From IMG/VR virus record IMGVR_UViG_3300020204_003072, positions 1 through 64,000 of that record: a stretch of 64,000 bases of DNA, one strand, 5' to 3'. The notes under the pieces were generated by a model. That model made no database searches. It saw only the letters and a program-made list of their open reading frames with translations, and was not told where the DNA came from. A program made the position numbers and the translations under genes. Shown here piece by piece: positions 57,659-64,000 of this stretch (positions are counted from its first letter, which is position 1; each line of letters begins with the position of its first letter). The DNA comes from an uncultured virus (IMG/VR IMGVR_UViG_3300020204_003072). Its lineage: Duplodnaviria > Heunggongvirae > Uroviricota > Caudoviricetes.

Positions 57659-59431
57659 ATGAGTCTATCAAAAGAACAAATAATGCTAGAGTATGTAAAA
57701 TGTATGAAAGATACACCATACGCATTAAGAACATACTTACAGACATACGATAATACGGTTTCACAATTTGTACCTTTGGAATTATTTCCAGATCAGGTTT
57801 CATTACTGAAGGACTATGAAGAACACGAAGAAAATATTGCATTAAAGTATCGTCAGGCTGGTGTGTCAACAGTGACTGCCGCTTGGATATCAAAAAAACT
57901 TGTGTTTGCAAAAAAAGAACGTCCAGAAAAAATATTGATTATTGCAAACAAACTTGATACGTCAATGGAAATGGCAAATAAAATTAGAGCATTTGTTGAC
58001 CAATGGCCTAAATGGGTTGGCGCTTCTTTTTCTGCAGATAAAAATTCACAAAGACATTACAAACTAACAAATGGTTGTGAAGTAAAAGCAGTTGCAACAT
58101 CACGAGATGCCTTGAGGGGTTATACACCTACGGTACTTGTATTTGATGAGGCCGCGTTTATCGAAGCTGATGGTGATTTTTGGGCAGCTTGTATGGCATC
58201 ACTTTCTACCGGTGGTAAAGTAATTGTTGTATCAACACCAAACGGTTATGACCCAATTTATTATGATGTATATAATCAGGCGGTTAAAGGTGTTAACAAC
58301 TTTAAAATTTCTGAAATGTTTTGGTGGAAAGACCCTAGATACTCAAAAGATTTATATCTGGTACCAACTGATGATATGGTTGATTATCTATTAAATAAAG
58401 ATGAAAAAGACCATTCTAAAAATATTTCATTTACTGATACTGACCCTTATGAAAGGGATTATGATAAAATAAAAGAATATTTTAATCAAGGATATAAACC
58501 CTGTTCTCCTTGGTATGAAAAAATGGTTAAAAAGTTAAAATACGATAAACGAAAAATTAACCAAGAGCTTAACTGTGAATTTCTGGGGTCTGGAGATAAC
58601 GTATTTGATGCTAAAGAATTAGATTATATAAAAACAAGTACAATACAAGACGCACCATCTAAATTAATGGGAAATTCGCTTTGGATGTGGAAAGAACCAG
58701 AACAAGGACATAAATACATTATGGGTGTTGACGTATCTCGTGGTGATAGTGAAGATTTTTCATCGATTCAAATTATTGATTTTGATGAGCGAGAACAAGT
58801 ATTTGAATATGTTGGAAAAATTCCACCAGACGCTTTAGCCGAAATTGCTTATAAATGGGGTATTATGTATAACGCATTTTGTGTTGTCGATATTACCGGT
58901 GGTATGGGTATTACGACAGTAAGAAAAATGCAAGAACTTGGTTATCGTAATTTATATATTGATGGTGTCGATTCAACAAACATTTGGTCATATAATCCAA
59001 AAGCACAAGATAAAATACCAGGAATAAATTTTAATAACAAACGTGTACAAATAATTGCGGCATTTGAAGAATATGTCAGACATAAATTTAAAATTAAAAG
59101 TACAAGATTATACAACGAAATGAATACTTTTGTTTATGTTAATGGAAGACCTGACCACCAAAAAGGACAACACGATGACCTTATAATGGCAATTTCTATG
59201 GCAATTTATGTTGGGGAATCTTCATTTTCAAAGTTGGAAAAAGTCGTTGAAAAAACTAAAGTAATGATTGAATCTTGGACTGTTTCAAATAACGATTCAG
59301 TAGGAAAACAAATTCATTTTGACCCAGTAATTCCAAATGGACATATGTTAAATGAAAGAATGAAAATGAATTCTGGACCGGCAAAAGAAGATTATATTAA
59401 ATACGGGTGGTTATTTGGTGGTAGAAAATAA
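57659..59431 (+). CDS. Terminase large subunit (T4 gp17-like)
   Basis: QVSLL adenine-binding; KYRQAGVST; Walker B VLVFDEAAFI; STPNG; nuclease GVDVSRG, HDD. Confidence 0.93.
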   Translation: MSLSKEQIMLEYVKCMKDTPYALRTYLQTYDNTVSQFVPLELFPDQVSLLKDYEEHEENIALKYRQAGVSTVTAAWISKKLVFAKKERPEKILIIANKLDTSMEMANKIRAFVDQWPKWVGASFSADKNSQRHYKLTNGCEVKAVATSRDALRGYTPTVLVFDEAAFIEADGDFWAACMASLSTGGKVIVVSTPNGYDPIYYDVYNQAVKGVNNFKISEMFWWKDPRYSKDLYLVPTDDMVDYLLNKDEKDHSKNISFTDTDPYERDYDKIKEYFNQGYKPCSPWYEKMVKKLKYDKRKINQELNCEFLGSGDNVFDAKELDYIKTSTIQDAPSKLMGNSLWMWKEPEQGHKYIMGVDVSRGDSEDFSSIQIIDFDEREQVFEYVGKIPPDALAEIAYKWGIMYNAFCVVDITGGMGITTVRKMQELGYRNLYIDGVDSTNIWSYNPKAQDKIPGINFNNKRVQIIAAFEEYVRHKFKIKSTRLYNEMNTFVYVNGRPDHQKGQHDDLIMAISMAIYVGESSFSKLEKVVEKTKVMIESWTVSNNDSVGKQIHFDPVIPNGHMLNERMKMNSGPAKEDYIKYGWLFGGRK

Positions 59432-59439
59432 TTATAAAA

Positions 59440-59733
59440 ATGGGATTAGATAGAAGAAAAACTTCAGGAAGAATATTTGGTGGTTCTAATTTAATAGTAC
59501 CAGATCAGCCTATATATTCAGTTAAAAATTTTCCACCATCTTTTAAATATAAAAGAGGAACGCCAAAAGATACTTTCAGAGAATTACCACCACCTAAACC
59601 AAATCCAACACCACCTACACCAAGTCCGACACCACCTACACCAAGTCCGACACCAATTGTTGAAACTTTCTATATTTTGACGGAATTACAAAAAGCAATC
59701 TTAACAGAAAGTGGTGAAAACATTATATACTAA
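59440..59733 (+). CDS. Small Pro/Thr-rich protein
   Basis: PTPPTPSP repeats; C-terminal ILTE..ILTE. Confidence 0.6.
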   Translation: MGLDRRKTSGRIFGGSNLIVPDQPIYSVKNFPPSFKYKRGTPKDTFRELPPPKPNPTPPTPSPTPPTPSPTPIVETFYILTELQKAILTESGENIIY

Positions 59734-59773
59734 TGAATATTTATATTTGACAATTATAAATTAAATTTCTATT

Positions 59774-61555
59774 ATGGAACAAAATACAAATCAACTTACA
59801 GTTTGGCAAAGACTTAATAAAGCATTTGGACCAAATTCTTTATTGGGTCAAGATATCCCAACACACAAGTTTAGTAAACAAGAATTACTTAAAACTAGGG
59901 ATAAATCCGAATTTGAAAAAGAAAAACTTCAAGCACAACAAACTTTATATTTATCAAACCAATGGCAAAAAATAGAAAGTAATTTATATACCCAAGCAAT
60001 ATATTACGAACCAACAAGACTTGCCGCGTTTTATGATTACGAATCTATGGAATTTACACCAGAAATTTCAACGGCTTTAGATATATATGCTGAAGAATCA
60101 ACAACCCCAAATGAAGACGGTTATATCTTACAAATATATTCCGAATCAAAAAGAATAAAAGGAATACTTGCGGATTTATTTAACAATACTTTAGATATTA
60201 ATACAAACTTACAAATGTGGATTAGAAACACTTGTAAATATGGTGATAACTTTGTTTATTTAAAATTAGACCCTGAAAAAGGAATTATTGGTGGTGTTCA
60301 ACTACCTAATATTGAAATTGAAAGATTCGAACGAGGTATGACACCTAAATCACCAAACACCGAAGTAAAAGTTAATGAAAGAGGTTTGAGATTTAATTGG
60401 AAAGAAAAAAATATGGAATTTAACACTTTTGAAGTGGCACATTTCAGATTACTTGGTGATGATAGAAAATTACCCTACGGTACTTCGATGTTAGAAAAAG
60501 CAAGGAGAATCTGGAAACAGTTAGTTTTGGCCGAAGATGCAATGTTGATATATAGAACATCAAGAGCACCAGAAAGAAGGGTGTTCAAGGTATTTGTTGG
60601 GAATATGGATGATAAGGATGTAGAACCTTACGTACAACGTGTTGCAAATAAATTTAAAAGAGATCAGGTTGTTGATAATAAAACCGGTAATGTAGATTTA
60701 AGATTTAATCAAATGGCAGTAGATCAGGATTATTTTATTCCGGTTAGAGATGCTACACAAACAATGCCAATTGAAACTCTACCTGGTGGTACAAACCTTT
60801 CAGAAATTGCTGATATTGAATATATCCAAAAGAAACTTGTTACAGCTTTAAGAATACCAAAAGCTTACCTTGGTTTTGAAGAACCGGTTGGTGATGGAAA
60901 AAATTTATCACTACTTGATATTCGTTTTGCAAGAACAATTAATAGAATACAAAAAAATATTTTATCAGAATTAAACAAAATTGCAATTATACATTTATTT
61001 CTTTTGGGGTTTGAAGATGAATTACAAAATTTTACATTAGGTTTAAATAATCCATCAAAACAAGCGGATCTTTTGATGGTTGATGTGTGGAAAGAAAAGG
61101 TAACACTATACAAAGATATGGTTACAGAAATTCCAAATACATTAGCACCAACATCAGCTACTTGGGCTAAAAAACATATTTTTGGATTTTCTGATGAAGA
61201 TATCAAACTTGATACTCAAAGACAAAGAATGGAAAGGGCTGTTGCCGCAGAACTTGCAAATACTGCAACAATTATAACACATACTGGATTATTTGATAAC
61301 ATTGATAGATTATATAAAACAATAAGTGGAACAACTGAAGGTGGAGAAGCAGGTGCTGCACCACCACCGGGAGGAGGACCACCACCAGCAGGAGGAGGAC
61401 CGCCGCCACCACCAGCAGGAGGTCTTGAAGGGTTACCTGAAAACAGAGAAAAATTAGAAAATTTATTACTAGAATCTAATGATGATGATTTTATAATAAA
61501 AAATAGTTCACTTGGTGATATTGAAAACGAATTATTAAAAATACTTAAAGATTGA
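59774..61555 (+). CDS. Portal protein (T4 gp20-like)
   Basis: EDAMLIYRTSRAPERRVF.V.VGNM, DYFIP, IETLPGG.NL.EI.DIEY. Confidence 0.95.
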   Translation: MEQNTNQLTVWQRLNKAFGPNSLLGQDIPTHKFSKQELLKTRDKSEFEKEKLQAQQTLYLSNQWQKIESNLYTQAIYYEPTRLAAFYDYESMEFTPEISTALDIYAEESTTPNEDGYILQIYSESKRIKGILADLFNNTLDINTNLQMWIRNTCKYGDNFVYLKLDPEKGIIGGVQLPNIEIERFERGMTPKSPNTEVKVNERGLRFNWKEKNMEFNTFEVAHFRLLGDDRKLPYGTSMLEKARRIWKQLVLAEDAMLIYRTSRAPERRVFKVFVGNMDDKDVEPYVQRVANKFKRDQVVDNKTGNVDLRFNQMAVDQDYFIPVRDATQTMPIETLPGGTNLSEIADIEYIQKKLVTALRIPKAYLGFEEPVGDGKNLSLLDIRFARTINRIQKNILSELNKIAIIHLFLLGFEDELQNFTLGLNNPSKQADLLMVDVWKEKVTLYKDMVTEIPNTLAPTSATWAKKHIFGFSDEDIKLDTQRQRMERAVAAELANTATIITHTGLFDNIDRLYKTISGTTEGGEAGAAPPPGGGPPPAGGGPPPPPAGGLEGLPENREKLENLLLESNDDDFIIKNSSLGDIENELLKILKD

Positions 61556-61578
61556 TATATTTATAATTAAAAATAATT

Positions 61579-62295
61579 ATGAAATTTGGTTTAATAAAAA
61601 GTAAGATAGAAAAATTACTTACAGAGTCATACAAAAGAAATTCTTTTAAAAATACATTATTTGTATTCAAAGAATTGGTATTGGAAAATAAAAATATTAG
61701 TAAACTTTATTACTTGTATGATGAATTATCAAGTAGTAAGGGGTTAACTGAATCTACAGCTTCTGAATTAATAAACCAATCAACAATATTATATGAAAAT
61801 ACAATTAATAAAATTCCTAAAAAAAATCTAGAAGAAATTAATCTTTGGGTTGGGCATATCAAAACAAAAAATAATTACGAAGATATTGATAATCTGTTTT
61901 CAAGTAGTGTTTTAACATTAGAAAACAAAATTAAAAGTAAAAAGGTTATTTTAGAAAATTTAAAGAAAACTTCAGAAGATTTTGAAGTTATTGGTAATGT
62001 ACCTGTAAATAAATTAGTAAATGTTGCAAATAAAACTGTTGATAAATTTATTAATTCGTTAAACGAAGAAAGTAAAAAAATTTTAAATAAAATTTTATCT
62101 GAAGATGAAAATAAATTGAAACTTAAATATGAACTTCTAAAAGAAGATGTTATTGATAAGTTAGAAACTATGAAAACTTCTGAAACAGATTCAGAAGTTG
62201 TTAAGACAATTTATGAAACTATAAACAAGGTCGAAAAAGAAAATTTTGATAGAATTTCCTTTTTTAAATTACAAGAATTAAATAGAAGTCTTTAA
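61579..62295 (+). CDS. Hypothetical head-module protein
   Basis: Between portal and protease; TATTTAT upstream. Confidence 0.65.
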   Translation: MKFGLIKSKIEKLLTESYKRNSFKNTLFVFKELVLENKNISKLYYLYDELSSSKGLTESTASELINQSTILYENTINKIPKKNLEEINLWVGHIKTKNNYEDIDNLFSSSVLTLENKIKSKKVILENLKKTSEDFEVIGNVPVNKLVNVANKTVDKFINSLNEESKKILNKILSEDENKLKLKYELLKEDVIDKLETMKTSETDSEVVKTIYETINKVEKENFDRISFFKLQELNRSL

Positions 62296-62477
62296 TTCTG
62301 GTTCATAAATTTTTGTCGGTGAATTGCTTTTTGTAGAACTTGTCTTCTTTCTACTGATTTTTTTGTAAATTCTTTTCTATAATTAAGATTGGAATTTTGT
62401 CTGGTTTTTATAACCTTACCTTTTAATTCTTTAAGTGCTTTTTCGATGTCGTTTTTTTTTACTTGTATTATTAACAT
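62292..62477 (-). CDS. rpsU: Ribosomal protein bS21
   Basis: MLII.VK..IEKALK.LK.K..KT...RKEFTKKSV.RR..QKA; Bacteroidota-type. Confidence 0.9.
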   Translation of the reverse strand: MLIIQVKKNDIEKALKELKGKVIKTRQNSNLNYRKEFTKKSVERRQVLQKAIHRQKFMNQN

Positions 62478-62559
62478 ATATGATTTTATTTTATTTGATA
62501 TATATTACAAAATTATGTAAATTTAAATAAAATAAACATCGAGACTATGAAAAATTTTT

Positions 62560-63027
62560 ATGAAAAAGGGAAAAACCTCAAAAATTAATGGATTTCGTAC
62601 ATCCAAAGTAACTTATGGAACTGTAGATTCCAAAAATTTTAAATCACTTTATTTAAACATCCAAACTTGGGTGGAGCCAAAAAAAGAATCCGAAAACTGG
62701 AATAGGGTTGTTCTCAATATGAATAGAAGTGTTAAACATTCCGTTCATAATCACATAAGTAAAGAAATTTTTGATGTAAAATTTATTGTAGATTTAGACC
62801 TTAGAACAAGTGGTTTACAGATAAAGAAAAAATCTTTTATGAATTTAGAAATAACTTTATTTTTAAATCAAGAAATAGACTTTAAATCAACGAAATTAAA
62901 AAAATATCTTAAAAATCTAACAAAAGAAATTTATTCAGATGTATTTCTTGGCAATGAGTATTTCAAATTTTATTTCACAAAAAATGGAAATACTAAACCT
63001 TTAAAAGTAAAAACCGAAAAAGTTTAA
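62560..63027 (+). CDS. Hypothetical phage protein
   Basis: ORF in head module. Confidence 0.7.
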   Translation: MKKGKTSKINGFRTSKVTYGTVDSKNFKSLYLNIQTWVEPKKESENWNRVVLNMNRSVKHSVHNHISKEIFDVKFIVDLDLRTSGLQIKKKSFMNLEITLFLNQEIDFKSTKLKKYLKNLTKEIYSDVFLGNEYFKFYFTKNGNTKPLKVKTEKV

Positions 63028-63048
63028 TATTTATAATAAAATTTAAAT

Positions 63049-63765
63049 ATGAAAATTTTAGGACCAAACGAAACTGGAAAAGGAATCCTTATCGAATATG
63101 ACGCTGGGTATATAAACCCAAGAAGTCAAAATAATCATTACATAATGGAATCCCAAAATTTTTTGGACCATTCAAAACCATTTGAATTTTACGCTGTTCT
63201 ACAAAAGTACGATACCCCGAATAGAAACGGTAGAGTGTATCCAGAAAAGATATTAAAAAGGGAAGTAGAAAATTATAAAAAAATAATTGAAAAGGGAACT
63301 TCACTTTCTGAACTTAATCACCCAGAATCTTCATTAATTGATCTTGATAGGGTATCACACATTATTACTGATGTGTGGTGGGATGGTCCGATATTACTTG
63401 GTAAATTGAAACTATTAACATCACCTGGTTTTCACGAAAGAGGAGTTTGTTCAACAAAGGGAGACTTAGCTGCAAACTATTTAAGACAGGGAGTCACACT
63501 TGGTATTTCTTCTCGTGGTGTTGGTTCGTTAAAAAAGGTTGGTGAACAAAACGAAGTACAAGATGATTTTGAATTAATTTGTTTTGACCTTGTATCTTCA
63601 CCGTCAACACCAGGTGCTTATCTTTTCTTAGATAAAAATGATAGAATAAAATTTGATGAAAACTTGGAAGAAGAAAAAAGAATGAACGTGGAAAGAAATG
63701 TTGGTGAAAGTGGTAACAAATCTCTTGACTTAATGAAAAGATTATCCGATTATTTGGGTAAATAA
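63049..63765 (+). CDS. Prohead maturation protease (T4 gp21-like)
   Basis: NRNGRVYP, ELNHP, GISSRGVGS, FDLVSSPS. Confidence 0.93.
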   Translation: MKILGPNETGKGILIEYDAGYINPRSQNNHYIMESQNFLDHSKPFEFYAVLQKYDTPNRNGRVYPEKILKREVENYKKIIEKGTSLSELNHPESSLIDLDRVSHIITDVWWDGPILLGKLKLLTSPGFHERGVCSTKGDLAANYLRQGVTLGISSRGVGSLKKVGEQNEVQDDFELICFDLVSSPSTPGAYLFLDKNDRIKFDENLEEEKRMNVERNVGESGNKSLDLMKRLSDYLGK

Positions 63766-63773
63766 AAAAAATT

Positions 63774-63989
63774 ATGGAACAAGGAGAAAAATATTTTGTA
63801 GCAAAGATTACATCAGATTTGTTAGATTCGGAATCTGGAAGAGTAAAAAAACAAAAAGAAGAAAAATTAGTTTTGGGTTACACGCCGACGGATGTTGAAG
63901 CTAAAGTAACTAAAATCTATGAAAATTACACAATGGATTGGAGAATTACGTCAATCACAGAAAGTAAAATTGATGAAGTTATAGAATAA
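63774..63989 (+). CDS. DUF4494-like protein
   Basis: YFVAKI...G.VKK..E..LV...T..EA...I.SI.E.KI.EV. Confidence 0.6.
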   Translation: MEQGEKYFVAKITSDLLDSESGRVKKQKEEKLVLGYTPTDVEAKVTKIYENYTMDWRITSITESKIDEVIE

Positions 63990-64000
63990 AACCCAAAATA

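Noticed and set aside
1..64000. Stop-codon reassignment (TAG or TGA recoding)
   Set aside because: Conserved genes are full length in the standard code, and TAG/TGA end genes at sensible points (ATGA overlaps, portal end). The only internal stop found is a TAA.

Overview
AT-rich 64 kb segment of a large (jumbo/'huge') tailed phage genome in the standard genetic code. The right end carries T4-like head genes (large terminase, portal, prohead protease) with a ribosomal protein bS21 gene among them. The host is most likely Bacteroidota, based on TAnnTTTG promoters, a T9SS type-B C-terminal domain, a Flavobacterium-like bS21, a DUF4494-like gene and the general lack of Shine-Dalgarno sites. The left 42 kb is a dense accessory array. 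About 30 unrelated proteins share a few families of basic/amphipathic N-terminal leaders ending in (L/I)-x-E, the T4 gp21-type cleavage motif, and most sit behind a TATTTAT motif that also precedes terminase, portal and protease. I infer a modular capsid-targeting leader + cargo system. The 40.8-47.7 kb region is an RNA-gene cluster: tRNA-Arg, a degenerate UCA-anticodon tRNA, two tRNA-like RNAs, an ~850-nt structured non-coding region (GOLLD-like candidate) and a tmRNA with a 21-aa tag; three of these loci start with an rrn boxA-like GTTCTTTGA. Next to it lie an M20/M28 peptidase, an N-domain-less ClpC and a tandem-UVR protein. Also present: a T9SS cargo operon, an unannotated ADP-ribosyltransferase-like pseudogene, a prolyl hydroxylase, glycosyltransferases, guaC and cell-wall enzymes. 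All calls come from motif reading by eye; no database searches were run.
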